A stretch of 64,000 nucleotides of DNA. Origin: the human T2T-CHM13v2.0 reference genome, Homo sapiens. The stretch lies in the NCBI RefSeq assembly GCF_009914755.1, contig NC_060934.1; one strand, given 5' to 3'. The position numbers and the translations under genes are program-made. Numbering within the stretch: position 1 is the stretch's first letter; every line of letters begins with the position of its first letter. Shown here piece after piece: positions 1 to 25,744 of the stretch. The notes beneath the pieces are model-generated. The model ran no database searches. It was given only the letters and a program-made list of their open reading frames with translations, and had not been told where the DNA came from.

Positions 1-643
<643 letters not shown>

Positions 644-725
644 TAACATTTTTTTCCTGTCTCCTTTTTTTCCAGCAATCTAATTACTCTTTCTTTAAGA
701 CTCAGCTCATAGCACATGACCCACT

Positions 726-795
726 TAAAGCCTTTGCTTGATCCTTGAGCATTCTGGTTGAAAAAAAAAATTAGAAAAAAAATAAAGCCTTTGCT
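726..795 (+). mobile_element. Tiny poly(A)-tailed insertion with 13-bp TSD
   Basis: TAAAGCCTTTGCT at 726-738 and 783-795 flank 22 nt of unique sequence plus an A-rich tail. Confidence 0.65.
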
Positions 796-1146
796 GAGCC
801 TGCAGCCTGCCTCAGTTAATTGGTGAACTGTTACGGAGTTTTGAGCTCATTTTGCTTTTTTTTCTCCTACTGCCTCAGAAAGCCACATGCCTTCAGCTTG
901 AGGGCAGGGACTCTATCTTCCTTCCCTTTCTCATGAATAATAATGTACTGAGCACCTACTGTGTCTAGACACTGAGATTTAACAGTGTGAGTAAAAGCAA
1001 TGGACTCTTACCTCGTGGTAAGAACTTCTTAGGCTCATGGGACCATATTTTTCTTCAATTAACAAATAAGCATTGAGCAGCTGGGCCAGGCACAGTGTAA
1101 GATATTAATTGGCTATGTATTATTCTTTGTATCACAAGTTTGTATC

Positions 1147-2056
<910 letters not shown>

Positions 2057-2229
2057 CTTGAAGTGTAACCTGACATTGTTACATCTACATTGGAAGTATG
2101 TTAGGTCAACTGAGATACGAATTTGGGATACAAAGTACAATGTATAGCCAATCTATAACTTGTTATTTTAATGTAAATTCTTGGTAAACAAGTTAGGAAC
2201 TGCCTCTTTTCCTTTAAAAACCTACTTCC

Positions 2230-2353
2230 AGGCCAAGCGCAGTGGCTCACACCTGTAATCCCAGCACTTTGGGAGGTCGAGGTGGGCAGATCACTTGACC
2301 TCTGTCGTTTTTTTTTTGGAGACTGATCACTCTGTCTCAAAAAAAAAAAAAAA
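2230..2353 (+). mobile_element. Internally deleted Alu with inverted filler
   Basis: Alu 5' end runs to GATCACTTGA, then T10-GGAGAC filler, then the Alu 3' end and poly(A). Confidence 0.8.
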
Positions 2354-2599
2354 ACAAACCCAAAAAACAAACCCCCCGCCCCAAAAAAAACGTTTCATCG
2401 AGGTAGAGCAGCAGCTTTGTTTCTTTGCTTCACTGCTGTCTCCCTAGCACTTAGAACATAGTACGTGCTCAATAAATGAATGAGTGCCTGACTGAATGAA
2501 TGAGGATACATAGATGAGATTCCTCCAATCTCACAGCCGGTTCAGAGTAGGCACTCAATGAGTGACTGACAGGATAGTTGCTGTTTTGAAAGCGCCCAA

Positions 2600-3730
<1,131 letters not shown>

Positions 3731-4552
3731 CAGATTTGGGGCTTTAGGCCTGTTCTCTCTTTTTGGACCGACCGAACCAGTGTGTCGCTGTTCACGGAGG
3801 AGGATGGGTGACCTATCAGGGGATCTGAGAATTCAGTTCCAGCCTTCTATGTTGTGGGGGATGTCCCCTGCCACCGTCCCAGCTCTTATTAACAGACGTT
3901 GAAGAAAGAATGGGCGGACTCACCAGTTTCATCTGCCCTGGGTATTGCTCACTTCTGGGAAAGGGTTCAAATACTTTTTGACGACTCCAAAGTTTAGATA
4001 GAACTTGGAGTTTTAGAAACATGGGGCCATCAGCTACTTTTTCTTTCATTTCTCTCCCAGGGCTATCAACAGCCTGCTTTTCAACTAAGGCAGAGCGTTT
4101 GCCGACCTTTATTTTGTCCCCTGCCTGTATATAAAGGGGGATGGTTATAGGATGGGGCATGGAGTGACCAGGGTATCTGAGAAGTGACCTTTATCCTTTT
4201 GAGAACTGCAGAATTTAAGAAATACCAAGTCTTCCCTGTTTTCAGGGAAGTTTCAGGGAAATTTTCAGGTGTGCTGCAATGGGTCATTGGAAAGATGTAT
4301 TGTTATTTAAATTATGGGTGTCAAAGTTTCCTCAGATTTTCCCTGACATCTCTCCTGTGTGAACTCTTTAGATGGCCAGGGTGCTGTTTTAATAGGAGTC
4401 CTGAGTGGCCAGGACGGGCTGTTACTTGTAGCTCTTGGTTCGGCTCATTGAATGATCTAGTTATTCACTCAGAGTTTGAGTCGTCCCTGAATTAATCAAG
4501 AATTAGAGAACAATTCTGCCATGAACTCAGTTTCTCAGTTTACATAAACTGA

Positions 4553-4827
<275 letters not shown>

Positions 4828-4999
4828 TGATCTGCCCACCTCGGCCTCCCAAAGCGCTGGGATTACAGGCGTGCCACCGCGCCCGGCCTCCAAGTTTCTT
4901 AAATAAAAGAGCTTGCAAGCTCAAGTGGGAACCATCATTTCTAGAAGCAAAGAAATGTGAGTGCCCTGAGGTTTAAATGTCAGCCAGAGGCTTGCTTGC

Positions 5000-5048
5000 T
5001 TTCTCTTTCTTCCTTCCTTCCTTCCTTCCTTCCTTCCTTCCTTCCTTC

Positions 5049-5093
<45 letters not shown>

Positions 5094-5207
5094 TTCCTTC
5101 CTTCCTTCCTTCCTTCCTTCCTTCCTTTCTTTCCTTTCTTTCTTTCTCTTTCTTTCTTTTTCTTTCTTTCTTTCATTCATTCTCTCTTTCTCGTCTTTCT
5201 TTCTTTC
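5000..5207. repeat. (TTCC)n-(TTTC)n-(TTCC)n compound microsatellite, tail of antisense AluJ (5208-5487)
   Basis: Direct inspection; near-pure pyrimidine tract. Confidence 0.95.
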
Positions 5208-6246
5208 AGAGAAGGTCTCACTCTGACACCCAGGCTGGAGTGCAGTGGTGCAGTCTCACTGCTCACTGCAGCCTTGACATCCAGGGCTCAAGGTCCTCCC
5301 ACTCAGCTTCCGAGTAGCTGGGACTACAGGCACGCACCACCACACCCGGCTAAAAATTATTTTTCATGGAGACAAGAGTCTCGCCATGTTGCCCTGGTTG
5401 GTCTCAGACTCCTGGCTTCAAGCAGTCATCCTCTTGCCTCAGCCTCCCAAAGTGCTGGGATTACAGGTGTGACCCACCATGCCTGTCCTTTTTTTGTGGG
5501 CAGAGGGTATTTTTAGTTTGTTGGCAAATGTAAGAAGGGGCTAAGATTATCTTTGATAGGTACAGGAGAAGGAGGAATATTTTTGTTTTTCTTTCATGAC
5601 ACTGTTAGAGCTGCATTGGAAGTGGGTTAGGTCAGCTGAGAAGTGAGCTGGTGCTTTGACAGATGGAAGTAATACGATCTCTTAATTCTACCTGGCAGGT
5701 AAAGTACTACCATCTCAGTACATAGGCCACAGAGAAGGACAGACCATAGGTATGTTACTTGGTGATTTAGGGATTCCAGTCTCTAAAATTTCCTGGCCAC
5801 TATCCTTTCTCATAGGGGAAGTCCAAACACAGATGCCCTGACAAAACTTTTTGACGTACTCATACTGCTTCCAGTGAAGAAAATGTGATTTAGAACAAAG
5901 GGCACTTTCTAAATGCTTGCGGTGGGTTAGACTGGCCCACAGACTTACTGTAGTTGGAATTGTCATCTTTGGCTCTCCTCCAAATGTATTTACTTTATTA
6001 AACAAATACTTACATAGCATTTACTATATTCCTTTAAGTGCTTTACAAATAATAACTCACTTAATCTTTATAACCACCCTTGGAGGTAGGTACTGTTATT
6101 ATCCCCGCAGGTGACAACACAAGCCCATGGTATAACAAATTTTTCCAAGGTCTCACACCTAGTAAGTGGTAGAGGCAGGATTGGGCCAAGGCGGGTTGGC
6201 TGTGGAGTTCATGTTCTCACCACTATCCTTTGCTCCCTCAGAGTCA

Positions 6247-6589
<343 letters not shown>

Positions 6590-7620
6590 TCAGCTACTAT
6601 ATTGGTTAGTATTGAATTTGACTATATGTGACAGATATTTTAAAATAATGATGACTTGAAAAAAGGTTCATTTACACCTCATGTAAAAGAAGTCTATAGG
6701 CTAGCTGCTCAGGCATGCTCAGGGCTGGCATGACATTTCACTTTATTGGAGACATAGGGTTCTTCCTGCCAGCTGATCAGCCATCTTTAGGATATGGCTT
6801 CTACTACATGGTCCAAGATGGCCGCTCAAGCTGCAAACATCTTGTCTGCTTTTCAGCCATTTGGAAGAAGGAAAGGGAGAGGGTGAATATGCCCCCATCC
6901 TTTAAGGCACTTCGTAGAAGTTGTAGGAGACTCTTCTACTTACATTCCATTGTCTAAAACTTAGCTGTAGTAGTGGCTGGGAACTATAGTCTTTTTTCTT
7001 TTTTCGCCCAGGTAAAAATCATGGGTCTTGTGTCTAGGGAACAAGGGGGAACAGAGATTGGGAGAACCAGCACTTTCTGCGACAGCCACTTTTGGATCTT
7101 AGACAGTCTGAAAGATTCTTGAAGATAACAGCCCTGGTCCCATTTCTCAATTTTGGATGGTTTCTGTCTCAGTGGGGTCCAAGAACAGATGGAAAATGCT
7201 AGAAGTCATGGGGAGAGTATACACATACCCCCCTCACTTACCTCCTTGTGCTTCAGGTCTCATGCTCACTCAACTGCAAAAGGGTTTTTTGAGCTTTTTC
7301 TCTTTTGCGTGGAGTAATACTAGATTTTCACATTGCCAAGAATCATAGGACAGCATGTGACTCACTAGGTTAAGAGGATTAAATGACATATCACACATGA
7401 AAGCCCTGACGTAGTTCCTGGCACTTAGTTGGGGCAGCTCAATCAGATTTTTAAAAACATTCCTACTAACTGCTTAATTAGGGTTCTTGGGGTACATGGT
7501 ATCGAATAAGGCTATAAGAGTTGGTAGATGGGGCGCAGTGGTTCACGCCTGTAATCCCAGCACTTTGGGAGGCTGAAGCGGGCGGATCACAAGGTCAGGA
7601 GATAGAGACCATCCTGGTTA

Positions 7621-7800
<180 letters not shown>

Positions 7801-8172
7801 CTATCTCAAAAAAAAAAAAAAAAAAAAGTTGGTAGATGATGCTTAAAATCTCGAGACCTACATGTATGACAAACTTGACTGCCTCTTAACGTTTTAGTAA
7901 AATAATTTTATTATATTTTATTATATATATATTTTTGAGACAGTTTCTCACCCTGTCGCCCAGGCTGGAGTGCAGTGGCACAACCTTGGCTCATTGCAGC
8001 CTTGGCCTCCCAGTGTTGGGATTACAGGTGTGAGCCACTGTGCCTGGATGGTTTTATATATTTCAACAAGCCCTTCCCTTCCTTTTGTAAGAATGAACTT
8101 GTAAATAAGGCTTCTCTACCTAAATAGCTAAATCAAGGACTACTATTTTCCTCCAACCTATACCATAGAATA

Positions 8173-8768
8173 CAGCAGTTCTTAGAGTGTGGCCCAGGGA
8201 TCTTGACCTCTGGGAGTTCCTTTTTGGGGTCCACAGGTCAAAATTATTTTCATCATAATTCTAAGACTTTATTTGCCTTTTTCATTCTCATTTACTTAGG
8301 AGTGGAGAGTGGAGATTTCCAGAGACTACATGATGTGTGATATTGAAACAGATTGAATACTAAGATATGAGATATAGCCTTTACCCACATTAACAAATGC
8401 TTTTTGGAGTCCTTAATAATTTTTTTTTTTTTTTTTGAGATGGAGCCTCACTCTGTCGCTCAGGCTAGATCAGGCATGATCTCGACTCACTGCAACCTCT
8501 GCCTCCTGGGTTCAAGCAATTCTCCTGCTTCAGCCTCCCAAGTAGCTGGGATTACAGGTGCGCCCACCACCATGCCCGGCTAATTTTCGTATTTTTAGTA
8601 GAGACAGGATTTCAGCATGTTGGCCAGGGTGGTCTCAAACTCCTGATCTCAGGTGATCCACCCGCTTTGGCCTCCCAAAGTACTGGGATTACAGGCATGA
8701 GCCACCACACCCAGCCTAATTTTTAAGAGTTTAAACTTTTTGAGACCAAAACGTTTGAGAACTATCCA
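8173..8768. mobile_element. hAT-Charlie DNA transposon remnant interrupted by Alu
   Basis: Ends CAGCAGTTCTTAGAGTGTGG...GTTTGAGAACTA resemble Charlie-family terminal inverted repeats. Confidence 0.55.
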
Positions 8769-8993
8769 CTTAATGTTTATGAAACTTTAAAAGAAGACTT
8801 TTATAAAAGGTAATTTCTGTATATTTCACTGTGCGATGTGAATGATATGCTTGAACTGTCTTACATTTTAGGTTCTTGGAGAAAGGACCTCTTTTAGCAT
8901 AGCATGACACCCTCCTCCTTGTCATTGCTGATTAGATATAGGAACCCCGCTGGGTTCCAGGTTCCAGTAATTTTTTGTTGTTGTTTGTTTTGA

Positions 8994-9098
<105 letters not shown>

Positions 9099-10288
9099 TG
9101 AGTAGCTGGTACTACAGGTGCATGCCACCATGCCCGGCTAATTTTTTCTATTTTTTTTTTTTGTAGAGATGGGGTTTCACCATGTTGGCCAGGCTGGTCT
9201 TGAACTCCTGACCTCAAATGATCCACCTGCCTTGGCCTCCCAAGTGCTGGGATTATAAGTGTGAGCCACTGCGCTGGGCTCAGGTTCCAGTAATTGGTTG
9301 TGGGTTCTGACACCAGCTGGTGCATGGCCTCTTGCTTTCTTGTGTGATTTGGTTTTTATTCCCAACTTCATGGACTGCTACTGCTTAAGCTATCTGTACC
9401 TCACCCCTCCTTTGTTAAAAGGGGAGATTAGTAAATGGGTGTTAAGAAAAGTTGTTTTTATAATATTGGCATCAAACTGAAGCTCTCTCCTAGATATAAT
9501 AAAGGAATTGAAAATCTATTAAGAGAAAAAAAACACAAAATATTAAAGAAGAGAGTGGATGGTGAGGAAAAATTAGGCAGTAGTCATTTTCTTTTCCAGC
9601 TAAATACTGGTGGGTGTCTTTCCAATTTGAGTGGTTTTAGAGTTTGTTCTCCATGAATGAGAAGAGTATTCTTGATTATTCAGTAGCATAGTTGATTTTA
9701 TGAAGTGAACATTGGAAATTAGGCCAGAGGGTATTTTACCTCTCTGTCTAGGAAAGCCACCAAATGCCTGCAGAATGCTTGCACATCGTTCTCCACAGGC
9801 TAGGTCCTGAGCAAATGCTAACATAATTGAATTGAACTGAGGCTTACACTTAGTCCTGAAAGGCACTTGTCTCCCCTTCTGTCTGAATGCCCTTTTGTTC
9901 CTCCATTCTTCATACTCTAACATTCCCTCATTGATCTAGTCCAGGCAGTATTCTTTAATAAAACCCCTGTACTATTGCATAACCATAATTACTCATGCTT
10001 TTGGAGTCATTGAAATGCTTCTTATTCTCCTTATGGTAGAAGGAAATCAAGATGTTTGAGAGGTCAGTCTTTAAATGACACTTGACTGCAATCTTGGCCT
10101 TCAAGTTCTGCTTGCTTTTTTTTTGTTGTTGTTGTTTAATTTTTCTTTTTTAGAGATGGGGTCTTGCTCTGTCACCCAGGCTACAGTGCAGTGGCATGCT
10201 TCTAGCTCACTGCAGCCTTGATCTCCTAGGCACAAGGGATTCTCCCCGCCGAGTAGCTGGGACTACAGGTGCATACCACCACACTTAG

Positions 10289-10420
<132 letters not shown>

Positions 10421-11806
10421 TAGCTGGGACTACAGGCATGTGCCACCATGCCTGGCTAATTTTGTATTTTTAGTAGAGATGGGGTTTCTCCATGTTGGTC
10501 AGGCTGGTCTCGAACTCCTGACCTCAGGTGATCCACCCTCCTTGGCCTCCCAAAGTGCTGGGATTACAGGCATGATTCCCGGCTAATTTTTAAAAATTAG
10601 TGACAGAGTCTTGTGGTATTGCCCAAACTGGTCTCAAACTCCAGGCCTCAGGCAATCCTGCCTCATCCTCTGAAAGTGCTGGGCTTATAGGCATGAGCCA
10701 CCATGCCCAACTTTTTCTGTCTTTAAGTAGAAGTATTTACCAGTTGACCTCAGCCCTGGTATTTTTCAGCCCCCAGTAGTAGTAGGAGTGTCTTGGCCTC
10801 CTTTTCATTGAGGACCAGCTTACTGAACTCCATAATGTGCCTCAGTTGAACTGACTGTTGCGTTCTGGGACATGCTTCAAGTTGCCTTTTGGTTTCCCTG
10901 TCCAGGGTCCGGAGGGTTACAGTGGACTCGTCAGTCATTCTCTGAGTTGTGAGCCTGTTGCTACTGCTGCTTTGTTATTCAGAGGCTGGGGTTCCAGGGG
11001 AGCAGAGACAGAGAAGACTGCTGAGGACTCTAGCTAGCTGCTTTGCATAAGAAAGTAATTCTGAAGACTTATGATGTGAATATATGCATTTTGCATTTGC
11101 CAGTAAATAAGTTAGTTTGTCTTTAAGAATAAATTGATTCTTTTTGGAGGGAGAAGGAGGAGTTCTGTATTTTTCTTGTCCTCTCAAATCCTTGGAAGGC
11201 ATTTTTAAAGGAGCTGGCTTCAAGATCGACCAGTTATTGTTAGCGACATGGACCTAGCTAGTTCCTAATATGAGTACTGAGTTGGTAAAAGCAGATGGGT
11301 GTATGTTGTCTGCTGTGACCTGCCATTCAGGAAGTGACACCCACAGAAAAATATCTTATGACCCAGACTAGCTTGAGTAGGCTGTGGGGTGAGGGGACAA
11401 GGAGAGTCATATGATATGAGGATGAATCACTTGGATAGCATATTTGCTTTTTTCCTTTGAATTACCAGTTTGGGGACTGGAGGGAATTAGATGAATGTAA
11501 AACAACCTCAGAGGGCTGACTGGCCTGTTGAAGAAAACACTCAGGAGGGAGGGCCATAGTTTCTAGGCATCCCATATTTCCAAAGACCTTAGAAGATTAA
11601 GTTACTGTCTGCTATAGAAGATGGATTTAATCTGTGTGGCATCTCATGTCCTGGTTTCTTGCCTATCAGAATTACTTAAGAGAGCTTCATTCTAACCAAG
11701 TAGCAGAGTCTTTTTCCTGCTGTGATTTTTCTCTTTGGATAATAAGGCTGCGAGAGGAAATCTCTTCATCATTGATGAAGGAATTTCCTTAACCTCATTC
11801 CATAAT

Positions 11807-11842
<36 letters not shown>

Positions 11843-11843
11843 A

Positions 11844-12155
<312 letters not shown>

Positions 12156-13141
12156 TAAAGTTTTTAGTCTTTCTGTAATTGGTGCAGAACAACAGTGTGC
12201 ATAATGTAACTTCGGAAATTAGAGTTTATGATGTTAAATTTCTGGCATACCACATACAGAAAGATCCCGTAGGATAAATAGGGCAGGGGTGCATGCAAAA
12301 AAAGAGAACATATAACCTGTGATAAGTTAATTCCTCATTTTTTTGGGGGAAAGATTACTTTAGAGCCCTCGATATGTGCATTAGGATATTGTATCTTTCT
12401 GGAGGGCAGGAAGCAGTACCATATTGGCATTAGATGCTGCCAGTGACTCACGATCTACCACTGAATTGGCTTCTGTACCTTTTTTTTTTTTTTTTGTGAG
12501 ACAGGGTCTCGTTTGGTCGCCCAGGGTGAGGAATGCAGTGTGGGCAATCTAGGCTCACTGCAACCTCCGCCCCATGGGTTCAAGTGATTCTCATGCCTCA
12601 GCCTCTGAAGTAACTGGAATTACAGGTGTGCACCACCGCGCCCAGCTACTTTTTGTATTTTTAGTAGAGACAGGGTTTCGCCATGTTGGCCAGGCTGGTC
12701 TCAAACTCCTGGCCTCAAATTATCCACCCGCCTTGGCCTCCCAAAGTGCTGGGATTACAGGCATGAACCCTTGTACCTGGCCTGCTTCTGTGTCTTGCTC
12801 CTAGAAATGTAGCAATCCATTTACCTTGTTTGTTTGAAGCACAAAGTTAGAGGTAGGTACTTATATGAGGGAAAAGAGATGGAGAAGAGGGAAAAAGGAG
12901 CAAGGAAGAAAGAGAAGACTTAAGATGTTCTTTGGCCACAACCCTTTCTAGCAGTGGGTCTCTTAGCTGCACACACGAGCTGGTGTCTTCCCCTTACCAA
13001 CTGGGAGAAACCTGAGTCCAACTGTAAGTAGGAATTGTCTGCCTATGCCCTGTCATTTCTTTCCAGATTCCTGCTGACTTGGTCTGTGGGCTATTTTGGT
13101 CAACTCGGATTTAACATCCTCTTTTTCTTTGGTCTCTGTAG

Positions 13142-13414
<273 letters not shown>

Positions 13415-13454
13415 TAGTGGGACCTTGGGTCCAGTGGGGTCATTTATACCCTAA

Positions 13455-14485
13455 GTCTGGGTTCTCGATCTTTTTTCGGGAGGATGGCAGGATTAGGCTT
13501 ATGATTTGATCACCTGATGAAGGCTATCTTTTGAAGGATACACACACAATTTTTGCATACAATTTTAGGAAATTCACAAACTTCTACTGCATGTTTATGG
13601 CTCCCTTGGTCTTTGAATCCCAGCTAACCCCAAGCTAGTTAGAAACCTAGTGACTTTGTGGCTTACTCTCAGACTTCTGAGCCATCCCAGCATTTCGATA
13701 CAGTCTAGGACTGGCTGATGACAGCTAAGAACTTCTGCAGGGTCTGACAAGGAAGACTTTAGGACAGGCTGAGGGTTAGAACAATGGTCTGGCCTGAACC
13801 CTACAGGGAACTGACATGGAATATTTCTAACTTATCTTTATGCTGTCGAATTTTGGGACTTGTCTGAACACATCAAAATAGGGGTGCCAGATCTAGGCAA
13901 ACTCACACTCAGAATGGATTCATACACATCTTGTATGTGTTATAGACATAGTTGAGGTCTCCCCCAACCCCCACCCCCACCAATATGCTTGAATACAGAA
14001 TTGATTGCATACAATTTGAGGGAGTTTACTGACACCAGGCTAAGAACCCCTGCACTACAAGGTATTCCATGAAACTCACCAAAGGTTATGAGGGGAAGGA
14101 ATCTACTGGTCAGCATATGAACATGTCCGGACACATCATTCACTGAGTACGTGGCTACCTGGGGTTTAGTAACAACTTAGGTGGGACTCTCATCTGATGC
14201 CCTGAGGCTGCTGAGTCATCTAAACAATCCTGGCTCCGTGCTTAGTCTTAACTAGTCTATGCTAGTTTATTTAGTTATTTACTAAATAACTAAAACTAAA
14301 TTTATTTAGTTATTTAGTAAATAACTCTTTGAGAATCTGATGAAACCTATAGACCCCCTTTCCAGAAAAAGTACATATATTTGCAATTATTGTTTTGTGT
14401 ATAATTTTAGGGCAATGGTTCATAAACGTTGCAGTCTATCTGTTGACACCCCAGGGAGCATGTCTCTAGATTAAAATCCCTCTGC
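13455..14485. mobile_element. Three decayed short hAT-Charlie (Charlie4z/MER103-like) fragments
   Basis: Shared motifs CTGATGAA..CTAT, TTGCATACAATTT, TAAGAACCCCTG at ~13455-13650, 13990-14055 and 14325-14485. Confidence 0.5.
14270..14326. repeat. Nested AT-rich perfect inverted repeat
   Basis: 22-bp perfect arms 14273-14294 and 14305-14326 with a 10-nt loop. Confidence 0.95.
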
Positions 14486-14504
14486 TTAAAGTTTTCTTTT
14501 CTTT

Positions 14505-18115
<3,611 letters not shown>

Positions 18116-18485
18116 TAGGCAGCTCTCCTAGATACCACATCACTCATGTAGTTACAAGGTATCCGAGGTTCTTCCATGGTGTGGCTCTGCTATTTCCCAG
18201 CCCTTCTTTCCTAGCTGCACAGACTGGAGAATGTGAATTAAGGATTGTGGGAGATTTTAGTTGCCAGCAGTGGAAGTGTTGTACATACATAATTTTGTCA
18301 TTATTTCATTGGCCCAAACTAGTTATCTTCCCTCTCCTAGTTGCTGGGAAGGCTGAGAAATGTATTCTTTCTGTGCCCTGGAAGAGGAATAGGATTTGTG
18401 AACATCAAGCTATTTATTCTCTGCCATAGTCTTCTGGTTCCTTAAACTTGACTCTAACCTTAGTATCTCTTCTCTTTCACTGTAG

Positions 18486-18620
<135 letters not shown>

Positions 18621-18988
18621 TAGACGCACCTCTGGCTTATCAAGGGTCATGATTTATAGTGACATAGTCATCCAAGTGGTGAAGCAAGGTGCCTACAACT
18701 CAAATATGGGCACGTGAATAACCTGCCCTGAGGATCCTGTCTTCCTTATTTCTGTCAAGTGGCTAAGGTTTGAAAAGTTGAGACCTAACTTTTCACTTTA
18801 CTCCTCTGGTTCATTTGGATAGGTTCTTTAATTTGGATGGATGATCACTGTTACATCTCTTTTCTCCTGTACTTGCAAGAAATGAGGAAGTAAAGATCTT
18901 GAAAAGTTTTCCTTCTCTGATACAAACTCCATAGGGCCTTAATGGGTATCTGGCATATACTCCAAAGGTCTTTGGATTTGGGCAGTAG

Positions 18989-19288
<300 letters not shown>

Positions 19289-19586
19289 TAGTTTTCAGAA
19301 GTGGTGAGGCCTGGAGTTAGTATTTGCATTTTATCTTACACTCTTTCCTGGTTCCAGACAGAAGACACTTAACTCTTCCAAAGCACTGTGAAGAGTACTC
19401 TTATCCTTGATCCCTAGTCATTCTTGTAGCCTCAAGACCTGTAACAGGACAGTTTTGTCTTCCTCTGACTTCTTGAGGTAGATGTTTAGATCATTGATAT
19501 TTAAAAAAAATTTTTTTTCAGTGCAATTTAAATTCAACTAACCTGGTAAAATGTACATGTATTGAGGACAAAAGTCTTTAAATTCA

Positions 19587-21830
<2,244 letters not shown>

Positions 21831-22043
21831 AGGGTCCTTTTTGCCCACCTTGGCACCCTCAAGCTATTTGCAAGCTGCTCCTGGAACTTGTGCACATCTG
21901 GCTGCCATGTGGCTGAAGGGTGGGGGATGGGTAGCTGCTTGTGGGGCTAAGAGCCAAAATTGAATGAAATTAACCACAATTTACTGTCCAGGCTTTCCCC
22001 TGCAAGTTGCAGGCCCTCCATAGACTCCAGAGCTCCAAAATAA

Positions 22044-24340
<2,297 letters not shown>

Positions 24341-24998
24341 GCCTCTGCTGATATTCTTAATCTTGACTTTTATCTTTTTAAACATATTAAGGATTTTGTT
24401 GTGAACATTTTAAAGTCTGTATATTTTTATTGTTTGGAGCCCCTACAGATCTGTTTTAATTTTCAGTTGTTTCTCTTTTATTCCTGTCATCTTGTTTCTT
24501 TGTGTACCTGGTTGTTTTTCATTGTCAAATACTGCCTATCAGAAATCGTAGAGCTGTATAAAGGCCTAAGATGTCATTGTAAATCCTGTCTGGAGGAAGA
24601 TTTCTTTTGGCAAGCATCTAGGGCAATAGCAATCCAGTATCACTTTAATTTCAGGTGTTGAGGGGAGCTTAGTGTATTTCCAAGGTGTAGTGCTTCAGGT
24701 CGTAACCCAAAGCATAGATGATATACGAGGGTCCCTTACCCCTGATCAGTCACTGGATTATAGTTTTTGTCTCTCTAGCTCCACAAGGCTCTTATAATTG
24801 TTCTACCTCTCAAGCTCTTAGCCAGCTCTTTCCAAATTGGCAGGTGCTCTAGGGGAAAAGAAGCCACAGTGCTGGGCTCCACGTCCTCCCATGGATTTCC
24901 TTTCTCTCCCATATCTTCACTCTTAAATCCTTTGTGGTCTTATTAAAATCTCCAGTACCTTAAAAAAGATCTAAAAATATTTTATCCAGCATTTGTAG

Positions 24999-25178
<180 letters not shown>

Positions 25179-25744
25179 TGAGATAAATCTTAAAGAGAAT
25201 GAAGAGTATTTGCATAATATAGAAACACATAAAATGGTCAGAGATGTAGTTCATACAAGTTCAGAAGAATCGGGGGGCGCATATGTTTAAAATTAATAGG
25301 TTAATATTTGGTAAAGTTTTTCTCAATATGTGTTTCAAGGACATCCTACTGACACATGTTAATAGGAATAGCATGAAGAAAGGGTCAAGTAAATTTGGAA
25401 CATATTATGTACTCTGTTCTTTGAGCTTCTTATTGCACAGTAGCATAGTAAAGGTCTGAGAAGTACTACGTTAAACAAACCTATTTAAATTTGATTTCTA
25501 CCCCTTTTAAACCATGAACCACTTTTCTCACAACAGACCGCAAGTCCACAGAACATAAGTTTAGAAAAAGCTGCTCCTGCAACTTTCTTTCCTTTCTCAT
25601 TCCTTTCATCCTCCACCATACTTCTCTATCACTGTTCAGTCTACATGTTTTACAAAATTAGCAGAAGGCTGCCTAGGGGAGAGTGAGATTGGTTTTATTT
25701 CTTTTTTCTTTTCTTTCTTTTTTTTTTTTTTAAGAAACAGGGTT

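Noticed and set aside
4957-5516. ORFs of LPSF/KEGR repeats
   Set aside because: Translations of a microsatellite plus Alu.
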